Positions 1 through 14,963 of a stretch of 64,000 bases of DNA are shown one piece after another; positions within the stretch are counted from its first letter, which is position 1; every line of letters starts with the position of its first letter. The stretch comes from the human T2T-CHM13v2.0 reference genome, Homo sapiens: NCBI RefSeq assembly GCF_009914755.1, contig NC_060947.1, one strand, 5' to 3'. The notes under the pieces were generated by a model. The model did no database searches and was not told the DNA's origin. It saw only the letters and a program-made list of their open reading frames with translations. Position numbers and translations under genes: made by a program.

Positions 1-181
1 GGACTGTTGTGGGATGGGGGGAGGGGGGAGGGATAGCACTGGGAGATATACCTAATGCTAGATGATGAGTTAGTGGGTGCAGCGCACCACCATGGCACAT
101 GTATACATATGTAACTAACCTGCACAATGTGCACATGTACCCTAAAACTTAAAGTATAATTTAAAAAAAAAATAATAATAA

Positions 182-212
<31 letters not shown>

Positions 213-233
213 AGTACCTGTAAAAAAAAAAAA
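1..233 (+). mobile_element. Young primate L1 3' end (L1PA2-like) with A/(TAAA)n tail, in a KDM6A intron
   Basis: GGGAGATATACCTAATGCTAGATGATGAGTTAGTGGGTGCAGCGCACC...CCTAAAACTTAAAGTATAAT matches the L1PA2/L1HS 3' UTR; followed by an A-run, (TAAA)n, GTACCTGT and a second A12. Confidence 0.92.
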
Positions 234-1074
234 GTTATTTTAAGGCCTAGACTAGAACCTGGCAATGGGAATATTAAAGAAGGGAAAGAATTCAAAAATA
301 TTTAGAGGGTAAAATCAGCGAGACACCTCATTAAATGGCAGAAGTGGAAGGACAAGTTGAAGAATGCTCACCAATTTTCTAGCTCAGGTCACTAGGTTTG
401 TATTGCTGCTTGTTGACAGTAATGGATAACATGGTGAACTCTAGGATTGTAGTTAACTGTTAAAAGAAGACATGGGATCATAAGAGTTTTCTGTCATTGA
501 AGAAATTTAAGGATAAGCCAAAGACAGGATGTTGATGGTCCATTTCAAACCTTGAAATTCTGTAATTCTAGCATCAACCTTTATTTGAAATGATAGAATC
601 CATTGATTTTTTTTTTAAATGTCATATGGCCTGACCAAAGTGAGTCATTAGGAGATCAGATAGATTCCAGTTAGGTGTGTTGTTCCTTATCCTACCTGAA
701 CCCTAGCAACTCATCAATCTTTCTGTATAAGATAGAGGTATTATTTCTAAAATCATGCTGTACTCATGAATACATAAAAATGATCACTTATGTCTGATTG
801 TATACTAATGTTTTAGATTTAAAAATAGGTTGACCTTTATCAAACTTTTGAACTGGGCTTTGCCAGTGGTTGTCATGAGTATGTCATTCCCTTTGATTAT
901 TCCCCTAAATATGCATTACTACCCATGTCTTTGGATTTGGTGCAAAATAAACCTGGTCTGTTAAAGATTCTCAAACACAGCCATGTTTTTCTTACCACCT
1001 ACTCTTAACCAGAGATCACTGTCCACAATTTCATTCAAGTAGAATTCCATGATTATACTAAAGCAGTACAGTAA

Positions 1075-1308
<234 letters not shown>

Positions 1309-2422
1309 TGAGTACATAGTTAGCTGGGTTATGAAGCAGCAGTGTTTGCTCTGCCACCTGATAAGTAGGAGGTAATGAAATATTTTAAATTTTCCTTTGG
1401 CTCATTATATATTGCATGAGGGTATATTCATATCATTCCCCCCTCCATTTCCAAGTATTTATTCCTATAAAATTGGCATATATCATTTTCAGTTTTCCTG
1501 GGTGAGACCAGCCTAAATAATTTTACAACAATTACATTTAAAAATCTTTGCGTGCTTTAGATAGAACACTATCATATCCTTTATGTCATTTTATCTCAGT
1601 TGATAAAATGTTTGTGTACGTAGGTTATTAGAGCCCACAAAATGAATCAGTAAGTGTGCTTTTAAATATACTTCTGCTTTTAGAGCTAATTGTATTTGTT
1701 TAAAATTTTGTCCTTGCCAGAAGTATTAACCTCATGGGAGTATTTAATGGAGCTTAACTTCCTGGTATATTATGTAACCTTATGAAATTCAAGTATACTT
1801 ATAAATTGCACAGTTTTTAATTTCAGACAGCAGATGCTTGGGGGAAGCATTTTACTTTCGCAGATCAATAGCTTTATGAATAGAAACACAGAGATAATTT
1901 ATGAATTGTTGATTTTCTCCAGTACTTGTCTCCCACACATATGTGATCAGAAACTAACTTTTTGAAATTTACTTTCTGATATTTTCACTTGAATGGTCTT
2001 CAAGATTGCTTGAAGAAGAAAATTATCTGAAATATGTTGAAGAAAATATATTACCTAGCTGAGATAGATTCTGAAGGCAGTCACTAGTGAAATTGTAATT
2101 TGTTAAATTATTTTGCAAGAAGCCCCCTTTTTTTAAGCAATCTTAAAAAATGGTAAACGTAATAACATTCCAAGAGTTTTTGACTAATTGGTGAAGAAGT
2201 ATAGAAAATTGCAAGTACACTGAGTAGGATAATGGTCTTAGATTCTTAGGAAGATTGGCTGAATGGGAGATAGTAAGGTAGGCTGTACTTTTATGTTGCA
2301 TAGCAGGCTGTTGAACTTTTTGAGAGTTATTTCCCCTAACTTCACAAGCAGACTATATGTTTGTAGCCATGAGCTATTAACAATTTGTATATCAAAATAA
2401 CCTACCTTACTTTTATTTTCAG

Positions 2423-2452
2423 GCTCCTCCATTACCATCCGCCTCATCTTGA
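2423..2452 (+). CDS. KDM6A: KDM6A last coding exon (APPLPSASS*)
   Basis: Acceptor ccttacttttattttcag|GCT CCT CCA TTA CCA TCC GCC TCA TCT TGA; phase 0, in frame with the previous exon; known UTX terminus. Confidence 0.98.
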   Translation, partial: APPLPSASS

Positions 2453-3820
2453 TATTGTTCCATGGACATTAAATGAGACCTTTTCTGCTATTCAGGAAAT
2501 AACCCAGTTCTGCACCACTGGTTTTTGTAGCTATCTCGTAAGGCTGCTGGCTGAAAACTGTGTCTATGCAACCTTCCAAGTGCGGAGTGTCAACCAACTG
2601 GACGGGAGAGAGTACTGCTCCTACTCCAGGACTCTCACAAAGCTGATGAGCTGTACTTCAGAAAAAAATAATAATTTCCATGTTTTGTATATATCTGACA
2701 AAACTGGCAACATCTTACAGACTACTGACTTGAAGACAACCTCTTTTATATTTCTCTATTTCTGGGCTGATGAATTTGTTTTCATCTGTCTTTTCCCCCT
2801 TCAGAATTTTCCTTGGAAAAAAAATACTAGCCTAGCTGGTCATTTCTTTGTAAGGTAGTTAGCAATTTTAAGTCTTTCTTTGGTCAACTTTTTTTTAATG
2901 TGAAAAGTTAGGTAAGACACTTTTTTACTGCTTTTATGTTTTTCTGTCTTGTTTTGAGACCATGATGGTTACACTTTTGGTTCCTAAATAAAATTTAAAA
3001 AATTAACAGCCAAGTCACAAAGGTAATGGATTGCACATAGACTAAGGAATAAACTTCAGATTTGTGATTTTTGTTTCTAATCTTGATGTAAATTTACACT
3101 ATTTATAAATACATATTTATTGCTTGAAAATATTTGTGAATGGAATGCTGTTATTTTTTCCAGATTTACCTGCCATTGAAATTTTAAGGAGTTCTGTAAT
3201 TTCAAACACTACTCCTATTACATTTTCTATGTGTAAATAAAACTGCTTAGCATTGTACAGAAACTTTTATTAAAATTGTTTAATGTTTAAAGAGTTTTCT
3301 ATTGTTTGAGTTTTAAAAAAGACTTTATGTACAGTGCCCAGTTTTTGTTCATTTTTGAAATCTGATTATATATATTTTATATATACTTATGTATGTATAT
3401 ATAATATATATAGAAATCTGGATATATATGTATAAATCTTTAGAACTTAAATTTTTCTCGTTTTAAGTTTCACATCTATGGTAGATTTTTGAGGTGTCTA
3501 CTGTAAAGTATTGCTTACAAAAAGTATGATTATTTTTAAAGAAATATATATGGTATGTATCCTCAAGACCTAAAATGTCAGACTGGTTTATTGTTAAGTT
3601 GCAATTACTGCAATGACAGACCAATAAACAATTGCTGCCAAAATGTAGTATAATAGTAGAAAACAAATAGTGATTGAACTTAAGATTTTAAAGGGACTGT
3701 TATATGGGCTTGACAAATCCTGTACAATACTTAGTACCATTTTATATGGAAAAGGGGATTCAGGATGAAGGGCTCTATTTTAGAATGCAAATAAATTAAG
3801 AGACTTATTTTTTAATGTTA
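2453..3820 (+). other. KDM6A: KDM6A 3' UTR (AU-rich) with tandem poly(A) signals
   Basis: Follows the stop codon; no interspersed repeats; AATAAA at 2987, 3048, 3236, 3623 and 3790. The end is inferred from the distal signals. Confidence 0.8.
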
Positions 3821-5163
3821 GGCAGTTTTGAAATCTCATGCTTTTTTGCTTGCATGACATGATTTGGGGGAGGAGTGCTGCAAATTCCCTATCACTAGTA
3901 AAATATAGCAATCTATATTAGCATTCACAAGTCACTGCTAATTAATGATAGTATTTCATTTTGTAATAACAGCACCTTGCATTTGTACCTCCATTTTCTG
4001 ACGCATTTGACACATACTCTCATTTAATCATATTGTTCTTTGTATGAATTTTCCAGGAAGCATTAGTGAAGAAGCATAGAGAATGCTGTAAATCAAGATT
4101 ATATATATATATGGCTAAAGAGAGCTTATTCTATCTAGTGAAATGCCCTGCTGATTGCATTAATCACATACTCTTTCAGATTTAGAGTATGTTATCCTCT
4201 TAGAAACAGTTTGAAGGTTGAAAGCATGGAGATACTTTTTTCGATTAGTTAATAATTTGGTAAATATTGGCTATCTACTAGAAGTAATCATCTCTTATTT
4301 ATAATTTAAGGGAAAAATGCCAAATCTATTTTAATTATGGAGCAAGAATGCTTGTCTAAATGCTATTCAGGACATTTAATCACTAATATTTTTAAGTGGT
4401 TTTCTTGTAAAATCTCCTATCCAAAGGTTATTGAGAACTCAAGACAAACATTTTTGCAAACAAAAATTGCAAGCCAACCATCAAGAAGCAAAGATTATAA
4501 GAATGCTGAAGCACCACCTAAATGTTTCTTAACCTGTTCTAGTTTATCTTACTGACACAATGTCTTATTTTCTATGATTTTAAGATAGTTTATTGCCAAG
4601 ATTAATTTATCTGACATTTAAGAGAATAAGTTATCTGGCATTTAGATAAATTATCTGACATTTAAGAGAAATTTAGTATAATTCATATTTGGATTCTATG
4701 TCAAGAATAATAATTATTCAGGAACCTAGTCTTTGAATGGGTAGAGGATAGGGAGTAGAAATCAAAGACATCAACATTACTCTGAAATATAATTAGATAA
4801 TTGAAATCCTATGTAAACTGCTTTTTTTATCTTCAGTTGAACATCCTTTATAATTGCATTTTTAAGGTTTTAGAAGACATAGAATAATTTTTTTTTCTTT
4901 TTACTATTTGTATAGGCAAGTCCCATTAAGGCGCACTCTATCTAGGTGCCTTAATAATGAAACAAGTTTACATCCTAACACACACATTTTTAGAGAAAAA
5001 AGCTAATCACACAGTGCATAGAAAAAGTAGATGTGATCCAGAAAGTGGGAGCTAAATCATACTCTTTTCCCATTGCCACCAGTTAAATAGGAACTCAAGA
5101 ACTTACCATCAGTATAGCAATTGAACTTAATAATCAGTGTAGCAATTGAACTTAATATGTTAA

Positions 5164-5477
<314 letters not shown>

Positions 5478-5663
5478 GGCTTTTGTATTTTGAAATAAGG
5501 TCTAAGTAACTTTCCCAAAGTAGTAAATTGACAGGTTCTTCAAAATACTAGTAATTGGTCAAGTGAAATTTAAGGTCATATAATATTACGAGTTTAACTC
5601 AAATGAAGTGTCTGCTTCTCAAAGAGAACCTGGTTATGAATTTTAAGTTGTTGTATGGATTTA

Positions 5664-5948
<285 letters not shown>

Positions 5949-8900
5949 GTATGGATTTTTATTTAGCCAATATTAATTTAGCATCCCCTGGAAACCAAAT
6001 ATGAATAAGATATTATCCCTGCCTTCTCTCCGTACACACATCTAAGATGGAAGATTTGTGTAAGTATGTTATGCAGAACCTGGAAGAGGTAAAAGATGGG
6101 TATTTTGGGGGTTTGCATTGCAGCAGGGGTTACATCATCACACCTTACAGAGCAAGATCTGGGAACTTCTAGTAGTTTGGCCCAAAGGGTGGTGTGTTAA
6201 AAGAAACTGGAAAGGTAGGAAGGACCCAAAATTTCTAAGTTTCCTTGGCTGAGAGATGTTTAGACTTCACCCTGTAGTTAATATGGAACCAGCCACTGGA
6301 TTTAAGCCAAAGAAGACCATTGAATTTGCAGTAGTCTTCCTACCTGTTTTAACAGATTCCATCTATCCTCTACATTGCTGCCAGGATAGTTCTAAAGCAT
6401 AGAAATTCAGGGGAACAGATGATTTAGGCTTGAACTTCGGATATGGTGAAGATTAAGAGCACAAATTTGAAAGAAGTAAAGTCCACAAACTCATTAGATG
6501 TTTTTCACATGTGTGAGGGTGCTTCTAACTGGAATAGGAAATAGAGAAGTGGAGTTCTGGAGGCAGAAGATAATGAACTTCCTGTAGGACATCTAATTTG
6601 CTTAGAGATTAGCAGTTGGATATGCTAGCCTGGAATTGGGATTGGCCTGGACCAGAAGTATGTATCTGGCTGTTCGTTGAGGTTGTGCTTAAAGCCAGTA
6701 AGATCATACAGGATCAAGTGAAGAGAAAAGTGAACCAAATACCTGCTAAGAAACAGCACATAGAGGGCAGACAGACTGCAAAGAAGGAAGCTTAAACAAG
6801 CCATGGTGGTGGTAGACAATCTAGATCTTTTGAAAAAATAACCACAGCATGCTGCAATGAGGATTAAAGGGATTCCATTGAGTTTCCAACAGTTGGTGAC
6901 ATTTGCCAGAGTTCCTTCAGTGGAGCGACAACCTGATTGTCATGGATGGGAAAAGGTATTGAATTTGAGAGTGATGGGTCAATTTGGTCTTCCCAGGAGC
7001 CCAAGATATGAAATTATGTTGGCCTTTGGTGATCTCACCCATTTTAAACATTGTGTAGCATTATCCTAAAATGCTTTACAGAGTAATAGCTTTCTAAATA
7101 CACCTTGAAGCAACCCATGTGATGTTTTACTTACGGTTGAACAGGAAAATGAGAATGGCATTTTTTAGTGTGGCCTAAAGATACCTACCATTTACTGAGA
7201 ATTTGTGCAAAGCACAGTGCTAAGTATTTTATTACATTCTGTTTAATCCTTACAATGTCTTAAGTACTGTTTTATTCCCATCATTACAGATTAAGTAAAT
7301 TGAGGCAAAGAGAGATTGTGTAAATTGCTCAAGGTTTCATGGTTATTAAGTGGTGAAGCCAGGATTCTAACTCCAGCAATCCAACTCCAGAGCAAGTACT
7401 ATTCTACCTCTGTAGAGAAATAGGAATTTCTGAGTGCTTACTCCACAGTCATGTTTGGAAGAACCTTTTCATTTTGAGTCTTTCTTTAGCAAAATTAAGA
7501 TAATCTTTAAACTTGTATAATTAAGCTGACCATATCTTTTAGAGTCCAAACCAGGACCCCTTTGAGATTGAAAGGAGGCATTATTAATAATTGGCCTGGG
7601 CAACAGCTATAAAACGGGGCTGTCCTGGGCACATCATATGTGTAGCATAGTGTTTAAGTTATCTTCAGAAGCAGTATTTTGGGAGTCACATTTACCTCCT
7701 CCCAACATCATTATCCTAGATTTTTACACTCTTTGAATGGAAAGGACAGATGAGTTGACGTGCATTAGGACCCACAATAGTGGTTGAAACAGGTGGTGAA
7801 TTATCAAGGTAAAGCTGTATACAATGAATTAGAAAATGGAAATGATAGAGAAGGGGAAATTTCTGTTTTTAAGTCTTAGCGATGTTTGTTGAGTTTTTCC
7901 CACCCTAAAACAAGTAATGGCAGGTGAAAAAAAATGTAACAAAAAAGTGAGCAAGAATAGGATATTCTCAGTGTAAAGATTTTATTAATATGCATTTTTC
8001 TAAACTCTTGGTCCAACGGCAATTTACCAATCTAAGATGGGAATCTGATTTAACATATGCAAAATAAGATTTTTAAATGTGTCAATTTGAAAAAAATGTA
8101 GTCACTGTTTTCTCAGGATTTTAAAACCTTTCAGTGCCATGTAGTTTACTTCCAAGTGATTAAACGTGTTTTAATATGAAAGAACAAAGATTTCTAATGA
8201 ACATAAGGACTATGCTAATGGATTTAAATTATAACTGTGTGTGAGAGAAAGATGACTTCAAATAGATTCAAGGTATGATTAACACAAAGCAGTACTCTGA
8301 ACCACACCCTCTTTCAAAAATGCACAGATACAACATCAACTAAAGAATGGAGAAAAGAGGAATAAGTGAATACGCTGATTTTTGGAGGCTTGTATAGTTT
8401 ATTGTAGTTAAGCATTAACTTCAGCTCACTACTTTGTGGTAGAATAATACATTTGGCAGGGTGAAACTAGATAAGAATGTTATCTTTAGAAAACTAGATA
8501 CAAGTGATTCAAATGCCATTATCCTATGAAATGTGGTCGTTGGATGCAACTTTTGAGATGACTGCACGTAGAGAGGAATCTGTTTAATAAATGGGAATCA
8601 GTACCCAAATCTATGATCAGCAAGATTTTCTGTGCTAAGGTACTTAAAACATTTGGGTGGGGGAGGGCAATTTCAAAACTACATGAGATACTGTTGCATC
8701 AAATGTTTCAGGAAAAAAAAAAACTACCAAAGATTTATAAATACAACTGCTGTGTACAAAACCTGTATAGTGTAAAAATATTGGTCAACCTGCAAGTTAT
8801 ATAACATTCTAGATCAGATGGAGTTTGTAGTCCATGCGTTAGAATTTCTCTAAAACTGTCTCCATCTCCTTCAGAAAAGATCAGTCTGCTGAAAGTCTCA

Positions 8901-10571
8901 TGAATAAGAGCCGATCGAAGAGCTGTGTGTCTAACAGTAGGTAATCTAGCTAACCTGGAAAGGCCACAAGATGCTAGCATTCTGAAACTTGCCTTTTAGG
9001 CTTACTTCCACTTCTCTCTGGCTCCCTTCTTCTCACTACTTTCATCTTACCTTTTTATCCCCTCTTCCCTCCCAATTCAACTCTCCAGTTATTCCTATTA
9101 AATAATCATGACAATATTTAAATTTTTATTTGAGCTTTTTATCTTAATTTTTATAAACTGTATTGAAATATGACATGCATAAAGTGCACAAATCATAAGA
9201 GCACAGCTTGAGTTATTGCAAAGCCAACACCCATGTAACCAGCCATATAAAGAAATAGAACATTACCAGTGCCCCACGGGCCCCCTTATTTAACCTTCCT
9301 ATTACTATGCCTTCTACAAAGGTAATGCCAGCCTGGCTTCTAACACCATAAATTATTTTCACTGTTTTTGAACTTTACATACGATACGTATTCATTTGTT
9401 TCTGGCTTCTTTTATATTTGCTTTATCTTCACATTTTATAGATAAACACATTTTTATTATTATTTTTGCTTAACAATTTAAAAATTGGTTGCAGACTTCA
9501 TGTTGCTTGCCCCTAAATATTCAACATGCATTTTGTAAAAACGCAGAAGCTAAAAATGTAATTACATATATAAGAGTAATTCCAGTGTCAAATATTCAGT
9601 TCAAATGAAAAAAATCTCAATTGTCCCCAAAAATGTCTTTCTGTTTGGCTTTTTTGTTTATTTAGAGCTAAGATCCAATCAAGATAGATGCATTGTATTT
9701 TGTTTTTATTTCTGTTTAGTCTCTCTTAATCCACTGACCCTTTTTTTTTTTTTTTTTTAAGACATTGACTTAAAAGTCCAGGACGTTGTCTTTTAGAGAC
9801 TGTCCTGCATTCTGTATTTGTCTTATTGTTTCCTCATGGTATCATTTAACTTAGGTGAGGTTTCATATAGATGATGTTGTATACCTGATATTTATGTCCC
9901 ATCAGGAGGCACATTATGTCAGATTGTCTTACTCTTTGTGATGCTGTTTGATCATTTGGTTAAGGTACTGACTATCAGGTATTTCCACCATACAGGTACA
10001 TTTTTCATTTTCTGAATAGGTAATTATGAGGGTGATACTTTGGCACCAGGCAAATATCCTGTCCTCAACAAGATTTTACTTAGTATTTTAACCCATTGAT
10101 CATTTTTGGCTGAATTGGGGATTGAAAATGCTTATTTTCTAATTACATTGTTCTAGCTATGTTAGCTAGTACTCTTCTCTAAAGAAGAGTATTATTTTTC
10201 TTCCCTGACTTATTCTCTATTACCATAAACTCATTGATTTTTCAAAGTTTTACCATCAGTTACAGTCATTACACTTTTTTTGATGCTCAAATTGTCTCAA
10301 GCTGGTTTCTGTGTCAACAATTCTGACATACCCCTCATAAGTCTATCAGCTAGTTTTGCTGGAAAGCAAAACAAGGTGTCCCAGGCTTTCTCACCTTTTA
10401 TTTTCCCTGCCTCAGCCCTGGGATCATTTTTCAAAGAATCTTGATTTGGCTTCTCTTTTTTTTTCTTTTTTTTTTTTTTCAGTGTAAAAGATATTTAGAA
10501 ACCAAGGTCTGGGTTCATCATTGTTTCTAATCCTTTTTTTTTTCTAGACAGCTTTTATTTTTAAAAATTGA

Positions 10572-10880
10572 GGCTGGGCACAGTGGCTCATGCCTGTAAT
10601 CCCAGCACTTTGGGAAGCCTAGGCAGACGGATCGCTTGAGCCCAGGAGTTCAAGACCAGCCTGAGAAACATGGTGAAACCTCATCTTTACAAAAAATTTA
10701 AAAAATAGAAAATTAGCTGGGCGTGGTGGTATGTGCCTGTAGTCCCAGCTACTCAGGAGGCTGAGGCAGGGGGATTGCTTGAGCCCAGGAGGCAGAGGTT
10801 GCAGTGAGCCGAAATGGTGTCACTGCACTCCAGCCTGGGTGACAGAGTGAGACCCTATCTCAAAAAAATAAAAAATAAAA
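10572..10880 (+). mobile_element. AluJ
   Basis: Full dimeric Alu with A tail. Confidence 0.93.
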
Positions 10881-11949
10881 TTAATCGAGTTTATGTTGGT
10901 ATTTTAAATTCACATTTAATATTACAGGATTTTTCTTTTGTATTTTTCCCTCTTATGTGCAAACATTCTATAATATAAATTTTGAAATTACAATGCCTAA
11001 TATTATTACCAACCATAAACCTACTGATACTTGAGATTTCTCTGCAACTGTTTGGTTGTTAGAATATATACCACTAAGGATGAAACACTGTGTTCAAAAG
11101 TTACTTATAATTTTCTTTCGTCTATGGTTATGTTACCAATTTGATATACAATTAAGTTTTAAATTTTTTTCTACCTTATGTTTTGTTTTTTTCTTTTAAC
11201 TTTATTTTCAAAATGTGTAACATTTGCATGGTTCAAAATGCAAAATTATATTTAAAAGTACTTTTAGAGAAGACTTGCCCTTTCACCTTCAAATTGCCTC
11301 CACCTCCCATCTAGAGGTAACCATTTCCAACTCATTAGGAAAATTCCTTTCCATTTTCTTTTCCAAAAGTAAATTTGTACATATAATCTTATTTCTCCTT
11401 TTTTTACATAAGACGTAGCATGCTATATATGTTGACACCTTGATTTTTTTCATTGACTTTATCCTAAAAAGCCACATGACAATTCATTGGTGCTTCTTTG
11501 TTGTGTGCATGTACCATTTCCTAATGATGGACATTTGAGGTGTTTGCAATCTTTTGCTATTTCAAATAATGTTGCAGTGACCGTATACCTACATTGTTTT
11601 GTATTTGTGGAGCTATATCTTCCAGGTAGAGTCCTAGAAGTTTGATTGGTAGGCCAAAAGGTAAGTGCAGATATAGTTTAGCTCAATATTGCCCTTCGTA
11701 GATGTATGATGTTGCACTCACTGCAGCAATGTGTGAACATGACTATTTTTCCCACAGCCTTGACAACAGACTGTATTATGAAACATTTGGATTTTTGCAA
11801 ATGTGATAGGTGAAAATGGAATCTTAGGATAGTTTTAATTTGCATTTCTCTTATTACTAAGGTTGAACATCTTTCCATATATTTAAAGATCTGTTTTTTA
11901 AACTTCATCTTTTTTTAATGAGGTGTGGTGGTTACATACAGTAAACTGA

Positions 11950-12283
<334 letters not shown>

Positions 12284-12924
12284 AACTGAACAGATCTTAA
12301 GTGTACAGTTTGATGAGTTTTGACAAATGAATACATTTGTGTAATCTATATCCCAATCAAAAACAATGCATTGCCATCACCCTAGAAAGTTCCCTTGTGT
12401 CTTTTTTATTCTATCTCCTTCCTCCCCTGCCCCTGGAGGAAATCGCTTTTTGATTTCTATACCTATGGATTAATTTTGCTATTCTTAAAGCATTAAAATG
12501 GCAGCATGGAAAATGTACTTTTTTGTGTTTGACTTCTTTCACCAAGCATAATGTTTTTGAAATTCATCATCTATGATGATGTGTGCCTATTGAGTTAACC
12601 TTTTCTTGCACATGCCGCCTGCCACAAATTTGGATATGATATCTTTTCATCTTCATTTATTTCATAATACTTTGTAATTTCTTCTTTGATTTCTTTTTTT
12701 ACACGTAAATTATTTAAAAGTGTGTTTTTTAGCTTACAAATGTTTAAGGACTTTCAAGATATTTTTCTTACTGGTTTCTAATTTAATTCCATTGTAGTCA
12801 GAGCTCCATACAATGCTAAATATTCACACTCTTATATTTCAAACATACTGTTAACAACTAACCTCAACTTGCATCAGCTAGGTTTATTTTTTAGACTTCA
12901 GACTGATGTTTCCTTAGAGGGCAG

Positions 12925-13157
12925 TCATGGGGAGATGTTGCACAAAAGGTACAAAGTTTCAGTTAGGTAGGATGAATAAGTTCTGCAGGTCTAGTGTACA
13001 GCATGGTAACTATATTGTATATTTGAAATTTGCTAATAGTAGATCTTAAATGTTCTCATCTCCCTTTCACTCACACACACACAATGTGAGGTTGTAGATA
13101 TGTTAATTAGCTTGATAGTGATAATCATTTCACGATGTACACATATATCAAAACATC
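12925..13157 (+). mobile_element. L1MA-type 3' end fragment
   Basis: aaaggtacaaagtttcagttag...gaataagttctg...tagatcttaaatgttctc...cacatatatcaaaacatc. Confidence 0.8.
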
Positions 13158-14000
13158 TTCACAATAGCCAAGATTTGGAATCAGCCTTCTATTCTCTATC
13201 TCCAAGAGTTCAATTGTTTTGATTTTTATATCCCACAAATAAGTGAGAACATGCAATGTTTGTCTTTCTGTGCCTGGCTTATTTCACTTAACATAATAAC
13301 CTCCAGTTCCATCCATGTTGTTGCAAATGACAGGATCTGATTCTTTTTATGGCTGAATAGTACTTCAGGGTGTATATGTTCCAAATTTTCTTTATCCATT
13401 CATCTGTTGACAGATACTTAGGTTGCTTCCAAATCTTAGCTATTGTAAACAGTGCTGCAATAAACATGGGAATGCAGATATCTCTTTGATATACTGATTT
13501 CCTTTCTTTTGAGTATATACCAAGCAGTGGAATTGCTGGATCGTGTGGTAGCTCTATTTTTAGCTTTTTGAGGAACCTCCAAACTGTTCTCCATAGTGGT
13601 TGTACAAGTTTACATTACCACCTACAGTGTACAAGGGTTCATCTTTCTGCACATCCTCACCAGCATTTGTTATTGCTTGTCTTTTGGATATAAGCCATTT
13701 TAACTGAGGTGAGATGATACCTCTTTCTACTTTTGATTTGCTTTTCTCTGATGATCAATGATGTTGAGCACCTTTTTACATACCTGTTTTCCATTTGTAT
13801 GTCTTCTTTTGAGAAATGTCTGTTCAGATCTTTTGCCCGCTTTTTAATCTGATTATTATACTTTTTTTGTATAGAGTTGTTTGAGCTCCTTATGTATTCC
13901 AGTTATTAATCCCTTGTCAGATGGATAGTTTGCAAACATTTTCTCCCATTCTGTGAGTTGTCTCTTCACCTCGTTGATTATACCCTTTGCTATGCAGAAG

Positions 14001-14130
14001 TTTTTTTTATACAGATAGGGTCTTTCTATGTTGCCCAGGCTTGTCTTGAAATCCTGGCCTCGAGCGATCCTTCCATCTCAGCCTCCCAAATTGCTGGAAT
14101 TACAGGCGTGAGCCACCACGCCTAGCCCCA
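14001..14130 (-). mobile_element. Alu monomer (FLAM-like) nested in L1
   Basis: Left-monomer sequence with T tail; TSD TATGCAGAAG at 13991 and 14133. Confidence 0.85.
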
Positions 14131-14963
14131 GTATGCAGAAGCTTTTTAATTTCATGTGATCCCATTTGTCCATTTTTGCTTTGATTGTCTGTGCTTGCGG
14201 GGTATTATGCAAGAAATCTTTGCTCAGTCTAATGTCGTGGAGAGTTTCTCCAATGTTTTCTTGTAATAGTTCCAGAGTTTGAGGTCTTAGATTTCAGACT
14301 TTAATCCATTTTGATTTGATTTTTGCATATAGCAAGAGGCAGGGGTCTAGTTTCATTCTTCTGCATATGGATATCCTGTTTTCCCACCACCATTTATTAA
14401 ATCCTTTTCCCAATATATATTCTTGGAACCTTTGTCAAAAAATGAGTTCACTGTAGATGTATGATTGATTTATGTGTTCTCTATTCTGTTTCATTAGTCT
14501 GTGTGACTGTTTTTATGCCAATATCATGCTGTTTTGGTTGCTATAGCTCTGTAGTAAAATTTGAAGTCAGATAATGTGATTCCTTCAGTTTTGTTCTTTT
14601 TCTTTAGAATAGCTTTGGCTGTTCTGGGTCTTTTGTGGTTCTATATAAATTTAAGGATTTTTTTTCTACTTCTGTGAAGAATACTACTGGTATTTTGATA
14701 GGGATTACAATGAATCTGTAGATTGGTTTAGGTAGTATGAACATTTTAACAATATTGATTCTTCTAATCCATGAATATGGAATATCTTTTCATTTTTTGG
14801 TGTCCTCTTCAATTTCTTTCATCAGTGTTTTATAGTTTTCATTTTAGAGATCTTCGACTTCTTTGATTAATTTCTGGGTATTTTGTTTTATTTGTAGCTA
14901 TTGTAAATGGGATTACTTTTTCAGATTGTCTGCTGTCAGCATATAAAAATGCTACAGATTTTT

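Noticed and set aside
2385-2422. Independent start for the 157-aa ORF
   Set aside because: The TTG start is intronic; the frame is plausible only through the alternative donor at 1308
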